A DNA stretch of 33,564 nucleotides, taken from the NCBI GenBank assembly GCA_934675695.1, contig CAKURN010000001.1, forward strand, positions 1 through 33,564, given 5' to 3'. The stretch comes from an uncultured Candidatus Melainabacteria bacterium (lineage in GTDB: Bacteria; Cyanobacteriota; Vampirovibrionia; Gastranaerophilales; Gastranaerophilaceae). Made by a program: the position numbers and the translations under genes. Shown here one piece after another: positions 9,692 through 17,946 of the stretch (position 1 is the stretch's first letter; every line of letters starts with the position of its first letter). Below the pieces are notes generated by a model. It was not told the origin of the DNA. It was given only the letters and a program-made list of their open reading frames with translations, and did no database searches.

Positions 9692-9934
9692 TTGAAGCAG
9701 GAATCAGTTAATGTATATCTATTTGGTTCATGGGCCAGAGGAACACAGCGTCGCGGTTCAGATGTGGATATAGCTATTAAATTCCAAGGTGAAAATAAGC
9801 CTTGGAAAATAGCTGAACTGCGTGAGATTTTAGAAGAATCAACTATACCGTATGATGTTGATGTAGTTGATATGAATAATGCATCAGAAGGAATATTGCA
9901 GGAAATACAAAAGGATGGCATAAAATGGAAATGA
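9692..9934 (+). CDS. Minimal nucleotidyltransferase (MNT/antitoxin-type), probably N-terminally truncated
   Basis: LFGSWARGTQRRGSDVDIAI is the classic GS-x(9-10)-DxD pol-beta-superfamily motif. Only about 10 residues precede it and the start is a weak TTG. Complete MNTs usually have about 25-30 residues before this motif. Confidence 0.55.
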   Translation: MKQESVNVYLFGSWARGTQRRGSDVDIAIKFQGENKPWKIAELREILEESTIPYDVDVVDMNNASEGILQEIQKDGIKWK

Positions 9935-9993
9935 TCAAACGCATGGAAACACTGGTCACCACGTCCTAAATAAATTGCATGAGGTAGTTGTAA

Positions 9994-11139
9994 GTGCGAA
10001 TAACGATATTTGAAAATATTATGACACCAGGTGGTCATGAAGTTGATTTTGATAGGATTTTAGTAGAGGAATTACAAAAATTGGGTCATGAGGTCGATTT
10101 TTGTGTGCCTGAAGGCTTTAAATTTAATTTTGATTATAAAGTCCCAGTACGAGAATTGTCAGGAAGTGTAGTTTCGTATTCTGGTGTTACAGGGATAAGA
10201 AAATTATTTCGGACGGTTAAACGGGAAATTCATAGACTTAATTGGTACAAGCAATTATATGAATTAGGAGAAGCTGGTAAAACGGATGCTATAATAGTAC
10301 CAACATCAACGTATAGATATTTGCGAGCATTAGCTAAAAGTGTATTGAGCAAATCAAAAGTTCCGGTTATTTTCATTTTGCATGGAATAAATCCAAGTGA
10401 AGCGCCGAAGTTTTTGCGAGCAGCTAAAAGACTAGAAATATGTCCTAATATTCGTCCAGTAGTTCTTACATTTACGGATAATATTTTTGGTGAAAAAAGA
10501 AAAAATATCCGCACTATATATCCACCAACTTTTGTGCCTAGAGATATTTCTTGGCGACCAGAGGCGCATAAATTAGTTAATAAAAAGCTCCTTACAATCG
10601 GTTTTTTCGGACAATATCGCCGTGAAAAGCATTTAGAAGATTTTTTGGATATTTATGTGCAGGGGAAATATACTAGACCAGTAAAACTTTTGGTACAGGG
10701 CTCAACCATGCATCCAGAAGATGCAGTTGATTTTGAAAGAATAATTGACAAATATAAAAGCTATGCTGGAATAGAATTTTTGCATAAAGGTTTAATTGGT
10801 GCCGAATGGCAGCAAGCTATAGCGGGCGTTGATGCATTACTTATGCCGTATTCGGCAGAACGTTATCGTTATCATTGGGGCGGGATGCTATTTACAGCAA
10901 TTGGTTTTCAAAAACCAGTTATAGCCAGTGATGACATGAATCCGGAAGTTTTTGCTGCGTATCATATAGGCGAATGCTTTAAAAGTGGTGACATGGCAGC
11001 ATTAAAGTTAACTTTAGAAGCATTTATAAATAACTATGATGCAGCTTTACCACAATATACTAATGAATTAAAAAAAGCCGCTACCGAATATTCACCAGTA
11101 GAATTTGCAAGACAGATAGAAAAAATTATTAAAGAATGA
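9994..11139 (+). CDS. GT-B fold glycosyltransferase (GT1/GT4-like)
   Basis: GTG start follows GAGGTAG. LTIGFFGQYRREKHLEDFL and LLMPYSAERYRYHWGGMLFTAIGFQKPVIASD resemble the C-terminal nucleotide-sugar domain of group-1 glycosyltransferases. The match is weaker than for the other GTs. Confidence 0.55.
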   Translation: MRITIFENIMTPGGHEVDFDRILVEELQKLGHEVDFCVPEGFKFNFDYKVPVRELSGSVVSYSGVTGIRKLFRTVKREIHRLNWYKQLYELGEAGKTDAIIVPTSTYRYLRALAKSVLSKSKVPVIFILHGINPSEAPKFLRAAKRLEICPNIRPVVLTFTDNIFGEKRKNIRTIYPPTFVPRDISWRPEAHKLVNKKLLTIGFFGQYRREKHLEDFLDIYVQGKYTRPVKLLVQGSTMHPEDAVDFERIIDKYKSYAGIEFLHKGLIGAEWQQAIAGVDALLMPYSAERYRYHWGGMLFTAIGFQKPVIASDDMNPEVFAAYHIGECFKSGDMAALKLTLEAFINNYDAALPQYTNELKKAATEYSPVEFARQIEKIIKE

Positions 11140-11227
11140 ATCTGATAATAAAGTATGGTTTTATTTTATAAATATGAATGATTAAGTGATATTTTGATGA
11201 TTTTATAAGAAATGGAAGGTCGATTGA

Positions 11228-12019
11228 ATGGCAACAGGATTGTCGGTCCTTATATTGGCAAAGAATGAAGAAAAGAATATTGCTGACTGCATAAAAAGTG
11301 TTAGTTTTGCTGATGAAATAATAGTAATTGATGATTATAGTTCAGATAATACAGCAAAAATCAGTGAACAACTAGGAGCAAAAGTAGTATTACATGCACT
11401 TAATGGAGATTGGGGTGCTCAGCAGACTTATGCGATAGAACAGGCAAAAAATCCATGGATATTTTTTATTGATGCGGATGAAAGGGTTTCAATATCGCTG
11501 GCAAAAAAAGTACAAAATATTGTTAAAGAAGACGATCGACGTTTTGCTTATTTGAATGCACGACTTAATTATTTTTGGGAACAGCCATTAAGGCATGGTG
11601 GGTGGTTTCCTGATTATGTAGTAAGATTATTGCCAGCTAAAGGAACCTATGTAACAGGTTTTGTGCATCCATCATTTCATCATGATTATGAGGAAGTAAA
11701 ATTAGATAAAGAAGAATATATGATTCATTATCCCTATCGTGATTGGGAACATTATTTTAACAAGTTTAATTTTTACACTACTTTGGCAGCGGAAAAAATG
11801 CAAGTTAAAGGGAAAAAGGCTAGCTTGCTGGATATTATAATGCATCCATTATGGGCATCCTTTAGGATGTATTTTCTTAAATCTGGCTGGAAGGATGGAA
11901 AAATCGGCTTTGTACTAGCCAGTTTCCATTTTTTCTATACTATGGCAAAATATGTAAAATTATACTATTTAAACAAAACTAACAATCATGTAGGAGATAA
12001 GGAATGTTATCGGAAATAA
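11228..12019 (+). CDS. GT2-family glycosyltransferase (LPS-core WaaE/KdtX-like)
   Basis: LSVLILAKNEEKNIADCIKSVSFADEIIVIDDYSSDNT and FFIDADE (DxD motif). Confidence 0.85.
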   Translation: MATGLSVLILAKNEEKNIADCIKSVSFADEIIVIDDYSSDNTAKISEQLGAKVVLHALNGDWGAQQTYAIEQAKNPWIFFIDADERVSISLAKKVQNIVKEDDRRFAYLNARLNYFWEQPLRHGGWFPDYVVRLLPAKGTYVTGFVHPSFHHDYEEVKLDKEEYMIHYPYRDWEHYFNKFNFYTTLAAEKMQVKGKKASLLDIIMHPLWASFRMYFLKSGWKDGKIGFVLASFHFFYTMAKYVKLYYLNKTNNHVGDKECYRK

Positions 12020-12906
12020 TAACTTTAGGACGTAAAATATATAATTTGGATAATAGGAGAGAACAACATAGATTTATAGTATTTATTATTCGCTCTTTAT
12101 TCCATTATAAAAGCGTAATGTGCCTATACAAATGGTTTCAAGAAGATGAAGCTCGTAAGAAAATAATTGACCAAAATCCGTTTCCAATTGAACAAATGAC
12201 ACGGGCTTTTTTTTATGCTGGGTCTAATAGCGAAGAAAGGGCAAATTTAATAAAGCAGCATTTTGCCTATGAACAGCAAGTATTACTATTGGAATGGTAT
12301 ATAAAACTGAACACAGATCATTTTTATAAAATATGGCAGGATGTTAATGAAGACAAGTGGAACGTTGTATTGCATATGGCACCGGGACAGCGTAAAGAAG
12401 GATTATTGGCGGTTAATATGTACTTAGAAAATGTCTGCGTTTATCAAATAATGTTTTGGTTAAATGTAAATAAAAAAAATGAAGTCTCAATGTATATTGG
12501 AGCCTTACAAGGACCGAATATAGATAACGCCAAGGAAATAATAAAAGAGCTTACTAAACGTTCATATCGATATCGTACAAAAAATTTGATACTATATATG
12601 ACAATGGCGGTGGCGAGGTCCCTGAAAGTGAGACATATTTATGCAGTATCAAATGAAGGTTATTATGCTAATAATCATGTACGGCGGGATAGAAAGCTAA
12701 AGACTGATTTCGGTCAGTTTTGGCAGGAATGTGGCGGACATATAACTCATGATCAAAGATTTTATGAATTGCCATTAATAGAGGCGCGTAAAACTATGGA
12801 AGAGGTACCAACGAGAAAAAGAGCAGTATATCGTAAACGGTTTGCTTTTCAGGATGACGTTGATAGACAGATAGCAGAAAATATAGGTAAAATATTAAAG
12901 GAGTAA
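12004..12906 (+). CDS. DUF535 / VirK / YbjX-family protein
   Basis: YIGALQGPNIDNAKEIIKELTKRSYRYRTKNLILYMTMAVARSLKVRHIYAVSNEGYY...DFGQFWQECGG...YELPL...KRAVYRKRF parallels the E. coli YbjX C-terminal half as I remember it (FIGGLQG...AVSNE...YDGFW..LGG...RLPL...KRAEYRRR). It overlaps the GT2 gene by 16 nt. Confidence 0.7.
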   Translation: MLSEIITLGRKIYNLDNRREQHRFIVFIIRSLFHYKSVMCLYKWFQEDEARKKIIDQNPFPIEQMTRAFFYAGSNSEERANLIKQHFAYEQQVLLLEWYIKLNTDHFYKIWQDVNEDKWNVVLHMAPGQRKEGLLAVNMYLENVCVYQIMFWLNVNKKNEVSMYIGALQGPNIDNAKEIIKELTKRSYRYRTKNLILYMTMAVARSLKVRHIYAVSNEGYYANNHVRRDRKLKTDFGQFWQECGGHITHDQRFYELPLIEARKTMEEVPTRKRAVYRKRFAFQDDVDRQIAENIGKILKE

Positions 12907-12911
12907 CCATC

Positions 12912-13961
12912 TTGTTGATAAAACAATATCACAATATTTTAGTTAATGCCTTGGTTAATTTGGGCGATGTAGTGCTGACTACTAGTGCAGTAGCTTTGTT
13001 AAAAAAGGCTTATCCAGAGGCTAAAATAACTATGCTGGTGAAACCAGTGGTAAAAGAAGCTGTTGAAAATAACCCTGTTATTGATGATGTAATTGTATTT
13101 AAATATAAGGCTAAAGACAATTCAATTGGTCAAATGTTATCAATGGTTAAAGAATTGAAACGTAGAAAATTCGATTTGTCAATTTCATTTGATCGCAAAT
13201 TACGCCCTGCTTTATTGGCATTTTTAGCAGGTATTCCAGTAAGGGTTGGTCCAGATAAAGTGTTTGATGATAACAAAAGTAAAGTAACATGGTTATATAC
13301 TGATGTTATGCATATAAAGCATGATTTGGAAACGACCTTGCAAGCAGAAACCTATCAGGAAATAGTGCGCTTATTTACTGGTCTAAAGGATCATGCTGTT
13401 CCAGTATTTGCAAGAATTACTAAAAAGGCTGAACAAAATGCTGATAAATTGTTAGCTAGATTGCCAGCAGGGAAGAAACGGATTGCTTTGTGTGTTAAAG
13501 GCACATTTGAGCTTAAAACTTGGCCCAAAGAATATTTTGTGCAAACAGTGACGGAATTAGCTAAGAAGCTAGATGCAGCTTTTTTTATTGTTGGTGCACC
13601 TAATGATAAAGAGTATGCTGAGGAAGTAATAGCGGATATGCCATGCAAAGTGGAAAATTTTTGTGGTGAAACCAGTTTGGTTGATTTAGCAGCAATATTC
13701 AAGAAAACGGATGTTTTTATAACAGTGGATACAGGAGCAACGCATATTGCTGCTACAACTGGTATAAAAATGATTACTATTTATGGTTGTACTAGTCCTA
13801 AACGCTGGCATCCGATTAATGATAAGGCAATTGTGCTTACAAGTGAAGAATCTTGTTGTCCTTGTAAATGCAGAGTTGATGAATGTCCAAGTGCTCCTCA
13901 ATATAAATGTTTGTGTAGAATATTGCCGCAAGAAGTATTGGATAATATTATTGGGTTGTAG
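12912..13961 (+). CDS. GT9 heptosyltransferase family glycosyltransferase (third copy)
   Basis: ILVNALVNLGDVVLTTSAVALLKKAYPEAKITMLVKP, FDLSISFDRKLRPA, TVDTGATHIAA and C-terminal CCPCKCRVDECP. TTG start lies 9 nt after AAGGAG. Confidence 0.8.
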   Translation: MLIKQYHNILVNALVNLGDVVLTTSAVALLKKAYPEAKITMLVKPVVKEAVENNPVIDDVIVFKYKAKDNSIGQMLSMVKELKRRKFDLSISFDRKLRPALLAFLAGIPVRVGPDKVFDDNKSKVTWLYTDVMHIKHDLETTLQAETYQEIVRLFTGLKDHAVPVFARITKKAEQNADKLLARLPAGKKRIALCVKGTFELKTWPKEYFVQTVTELAKKLDAAFFIVGAPNDKEYAEEVIADMPCKVENFCGETSLVDLAAIFKKTDVFITVDTGATHIAATTGIKMITIYGCTSPKRWHPINDKAIVLTSEESCCPCKCRVDECPSAPQYKCLCRILPQEVLDNIIGL

Positions 13962-13971
13962 GAGTTATGGT

Positions 13972-15108
13972 ATGCATATTTTATTATTGGTAAAAGATTT
14001 TGCTGAAGGAACTGAATTTAATAAAGATGGATTGCCGACTAAGAGCGGTGCAGAATTTCATGCAGAGAATCATGCTTTGCAATTGATAAAAAGAGGTCAT
14101 AAAGTTACGATAATGACGAGAAAACGGCATTTCTTTGTTAAATCAAGGGAAATTTATCAAGGAATTGACTTAGTTAGATTGCATGAACCGTTTCGGGGGC
14201 TAGAACTTATTATTAGATTATTTACAACACATAGAAATATTGACGCAGTATATATAATAGGAAAACCTAAATTTGTTGTGTGGGCTATACTTTGGGCGAA
14301 AATTTTCGGCAAAAATAATGTATTATCATTAACGGGAAAAGCAGAATTATTTAATTCTGTTGATAATTGGCGAACTAGAATATTAACTAAATGCAAGCAC
14401 TATATTGCGTTGTCCCAAGAGATAAAACGTGGGTTTATAACTCAGGGACAAATAAAAGAAGACAAGATCGTTGTATTAGGCCAAGGGATAGATACGAATA
14501 AATATAAGCCACCGACAGTTGAAGAAAAAATAAGATTTCGTAATGAATATGGAATAGAGAAAGACGCTTTAATATTGTTGTTTTGCGCAAGATTGGTTCC
14601 AGATAAAGGGATAGATACTTTAAAAAAAGTTTGGGAAAAAATTTATACGTTATATCCTAATTCACAATTAATTGTAGTTGGTGGCGGACGTAATGATATT
14701 GTAACGGATTTAAAAAAATTATCTAAAACTCTTGATAATAGTATTATTTTAACGGGAGAAGTTAATAATACTAGGAAGTATTATTGCTTAGGTGATGTCA
14801 ATATATTTCCATCACATCATGAGGGGTTACCAACTTCATTAATGGAGGCAATGTCATGTGGTCTGCCATCAGTAGTATCAGATATTGGTGGATGTGAAGA
14901 TTTGGTTGAAAACAAGGTGAGTGGATTAAGAGTGCCAGTAGATGATGTACAAGGGTTTATAGATGGTATACGATATCTTTTTGATAATAAAGATAAGAGA
15001 CATCTTTGGGGAAATGCAGCAAGTAATTTTATAAAAAATAATTGCGATTATGAAGTTGTAATAAAAAAACTTGAAAATATAATCTCAGAAAATAAAAATG
15101 AAGGATAA
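13972..15108 (+). CDS. GT4 (group 1) glycosyltransferase
   Basis: FPSHHEGLPTSLMEAMSCGLPSVVSDIGG (EX7E motif) and LFCARLVPDKGID. The track ORF begins at 13783 inside the preceding gene. ATG 13972 follows GGAG and gives the typical MHILLLVKDF N-terminus. Confidence 0.85.
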   Translation: MHILLLVKDFAEGTEFNKDGLPTKSGAEFHAENHALQLIKRGHKVTIMTRKRHFFVKSREIYQGIDLVRLHEPFRGLELIIRLFTTHRNIDAVYIIGKPKFVVWAILWAKIFGKNNVLSLTGKAELFNSVDNWRTRILTKCKHYIALSQEIKRGFITQGQIKEDKIVVLGQGIDTNKYKPPTVEEKIRFRNEYGIEKDALILLFCARLVPDKGIDTLKKVWEKIYTLYPNSQLIVVGGGRNDIVTDLKKLSKTLDNSIILTGEVNNTRKYYCLGDVNIFPSHHEGLPTSLMEAMSCGLPSVVSDIGGCEDLVENKVSGLRVPVDDVQGFIDGIRYLFDNKDKRHLWGNAASNFIKNNCDYEVVIKKLENIISENKNEG

Positions 15109-15234
15109 ATGAAAAGTTATTATATGTACTGTTATTTAAGTCAGTGCTATAGATATACTTATTTAATTGATTTTAAAATAGTAATGCTTGATATAGTAAT
15201 AATGTGCTAATTATTTGGGGATATAAAAAACAGA

Positions 15235-16386
15235 ATGAGGAAAAAACATATTGTTGGAATATTGTGGGAACAAGCAAATGATACATGGTTCTCAAAAGAT
15301 ATGTGTGCTTATCCGTATTATTTAGCTGATAAATATGACTGGAATGCGACTTTGTGTTATTTTGTGGAAAATGAGTCGTTACTGAATTTAGAATATCAAA
15401 AGAAAGTTTCGTTAGTAAATTTAGGATGTGAAACTAATTATAAAAAAAAATTAGTTATAGCTAAAAATTATATAAAGAGAAATGCTGCGGAAATAGATAT
15501 TGTAATGTTGTTTAATTATGGTGGAAACACCTATAAATTAGCTAATTATATAAAAAAGGTAAATCCGAATATATTCATATGGAGTAAATTAGATATGAGT
15601 AAAGGTGGATTTTCACATTTTTACGATGGTACGCGTATTAGAAAAATTAAAAATTATGTAGAGCTTTGGAAGAGTCGCAATGTAGATTTATTCACAGTAG
15701 AAACCTTTGCTTATTACAAGGTATTGAAAAAATTGAAAATTTTTAATGATAGAATAGGATATTTACCCAATGGAGTAGCACTTTTTCCTATAAAAGAAAT
15801 CAATATTAACCAGCTTGATAATATAAAAAAAGAAAATATTATTGTGTATATAGGTAGGTTAGATAGCTTAGAAAAAAATGCAGAATTATTTTTGAATTCA
15901 TTAACATTGATTAGTAAGAAAGTATTGTCCAAGTGGAAAATAAAAATCATAGGACCGTATTCAGATGATATTTATAATAAACATATTATGCTAGGCAGAA
16001 CTAATATACAATATAAAGAAAATGTGGAATTGTTAGGGAAATTAACCAATAGACGAAAGATTTATGAATTATGCAGCTCTGCTCGCATAATATGTTTGAC
16101 AAGCAGAAGTGAAAGTTTTGGTATAGCGGTTATTGAAGGGATGTATTTTGGTACATATCCTGTTTTAACTAACTATGGAGATATTGTAAAAGATGTAACT
16201 AATAATGGTAACATTGGAACAGTCGTTTATGAAAATAACGCTAATACGTATGCAAAAGCCTTGGAAATGGCAATGAAAAATGTGGTATCTAATACACACT
16301 TGTGTGAAGAATGTAGGGAATATGCTAGAAAAACGTTTAGTTATAATATTTTAGTAGATACGTTATACAACTTGCTGAAAAATTAG
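15235..16386 (+). CDS. GT4 (group 1)-like glycosyltransferase, very AT-rich
   Basis: IVYIGRLDSLEKN and LTSRSESFGIAVIEGMYFGTYPVLTN (EX7E-like). The protein is rich in N/K/I/Y. Confidence 0.7.
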   Translation: MRKKHIVGILWEQANDTWFSKDMCAYPYYLADKYDWNATLCYFVENESLLNLEYQKKVSLVNLGCETNYKKKLVIAKNYIKRNAAEIDIVMLFNYGGNTYKLANYIKKVNPNIFIWSKLDMSKGGFSHFYDGTRIRKIKNYVELWKSRNVDLFTVETFAYYKVLKKLKIFNDRIGYLPNGVALFPIKEININQLDNIKKENIIVYIGRLDSLEKNAELFLNSLTLISKKVLSKWKIKIIGPYSDDIYNKHIMLGRTNIQYKENVELLGKLTNRRKIYELCSSARIICLTSRSESFGIAVIEGMYFGTYPVLTNYGDIVKDVTNNGNIGTVVYENNANTYAKALEMAMKNVVSNTHLCEECREYARKTFSYNILVDTLYNLLKN

Positions 16387-16434
16387 TTTTAATAAGGTTA
16401 TGTAAAAAGTATTGTATAGGGGATTTTGGCATAA

Positions 16435-17469
16435 ATGAAATTTGTTGTTATAGGACCTAAAAAGTATCATTATACGAAAAGCATAGCAGAGGCTATTAAC
16501 CAATATGGATATGATACATCAGTAATATATTACAATGATTTTTATGAATCATGTACATATTTTCAGCGAAAAATATATAAATATGGTTTTTCCTATATAA
16601 AGGAACAGTGGAATAATAATTGGGAAGAATCTTTAATAAAATCTTGTATGGAAATTTCTGATTATAGTAAAGAACAATTATGTATATTAATAACAAGTAA
16701 TCTAAATTTAAGTAATAAGGTATTAAGCCAATTGAAACAATATAAAATTATTATTTGGCTGTGGGATTCAGTAAAAAATAATAGTAATGATTTTATTAAA
16801 AAATTAAAATCTTATAATAGGGTATATGCTTTTGAAAAAAAGGATATACCCTATTTAAAACAAGCTGGAATTAACGCTGAATATTTACCATTGGGATATA
16901 GTGAAAAATTTTTTTATAATATGTCTGTAAATGAAGATATAGATATAAGCTTTATAGGTATGCCAGATGACGATAGATTAAAGACAGCTGAATGCTTGGC
17001 ACAATATGCGTCTGAACATAATTTGAATTTCCGCATATATGGGGAATGGTATGATAAAAGACATTTTTGGAGAAAATATAAATATAGTAAACAACATCCG
17101 TATTTATATGAATGTATAGAAAATAGAATGGTATCAGCTGCTGAGTCAGCAAAAATTTACAATAGAAGTAAGTTGTGCATGAATATTAATAGAAAAATTC
17201 ATACGAGTATAAACCCTCGTACTTTTGAAATTATGGCTACTAATACATGTATGTTTATGAACACTGGCGTGGATATTAACGGTGTATTAGTTCCGAATAT
17301 AGATTATGTGGAATATAAGGATGATGATTTACTGTACAAGGTTGATTATATGTTGAAAAATGAAAAAGCTAGAAAAAATATTGCTAATTCTGGCTTATCT
17401 AAAATTAAGAAAAAATATTCTATAGAAAATCTTTGTAAACATATATTGAATGATGTAAATGATATATAA
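16435..17469 (+). CDS. CgeB-family / Glyco_trans_1_2-type glycosyltransferase
   Basis: NINRKIHTSINPRTFEIMATNTCMFMN and the C-terminal EYKDDDLLYKVDYMLKNEKARKNIANSG...KKYSIENL pattern are typical of CgeB-like proteins. Confidence 0.6.
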   Translation: MKFVVIGPKKYHYTKSIAEAINQYGYDTSVIYYNDFYESCTYFQRKIYKYGFSYIKEQWNNNWEESLIKSCMEISDYSKEQLCILITSNLNLSNKVLSQLKQYKIIIWLWDSVKNNSNDFIKKLKSYNRVYAFEKKDIPYLKQAGINAEYLPLGYSEKFFYNMSVNEDIDISFIGMPDDDRLKTAECLAQYASEHNLNFRIYGEWYDKRHFWRKYKYSKQHPYLYECIENRMVSAAESAKIYNRSKLCMNINRKIHTSINPRTFEIMATNTCMFMNTGVDINGVLVPNIDYVEYKDDDLLYKVDYMLKNEKARKNIANSGLSKIKKKYSIENLCKHILNDVNDI

Positions 17470-17946
17470 TAAAGGCAGATCGTTAAAATATAAAACTAAT
17501 TAATATGTAATAAATTGATGATTAGTAGCAATGGAGATCAATTGTAAATGAGAAAGACCCGTAGTGATTGCACAGTAGGAAGTTTTGAAAAAAACCATGG
17601 ATTACAAAGAAAGTAGAGGATTCATTGCAGCTGCTTATGGCAATATTGTTAAGAAGGTATGGTATATTAGATTGTGTAGGGGAATCTTTTTATAGAAAGA
17701 TTAAATTATCTTCAGTGAAATTAAAATTTATTTTAGTGATTACCTCGGAACATACTAGAAAAGAATGGCTTCCAGGACCAAAAGCAGAATTGGAAAGAAG
17801 ATTATTATCATTGCGTAAAATTTGGAATTTAGAAATTATTGTAATGAATCGCGAATTAGCCAATAAATATAGATTGCTTGTTGATAGTTAATATGTTTTT
17901 TGATGATAAATAGAATTAGAATCAATTGTTATTACGGGGGATTAAA

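Noticed and set aside
9673-10038. 121-aa minus-strand ORF spanning the MNT fragment and the start of the next GT.
   Set aside because: It is antisense to the nucleotidyltransferase motif ORF. It has no recognisable motif and crosses an intergenic boundary.
13783-13971. Upstream extension of the GT4 ORF (track start 13783), and similarly 9091-9144 for gmhB, 28708-28752 for hyfB and 31619-31642 for hyfE.
   Set aside because: The extensions overlap the preceding gene or a terminator. Internal ATGs with good SDs give family-typical N-termini.
17470-17946. 88-aa ORF 17625-17891 and a 22-codon ORF 17548-17616 (MRKTRSDCTVGSFEKNHGLQRK) between the last GT and the PEtN transferase.
   Set aside because: There are no recognisable motifs or convincing SD. 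The 88-aa ORF has a TTG start and the two ORFs are in different frames. This is most likely non-coding or decayed sequence. It may deserve a BLASTX, but I cannot support a gene call.
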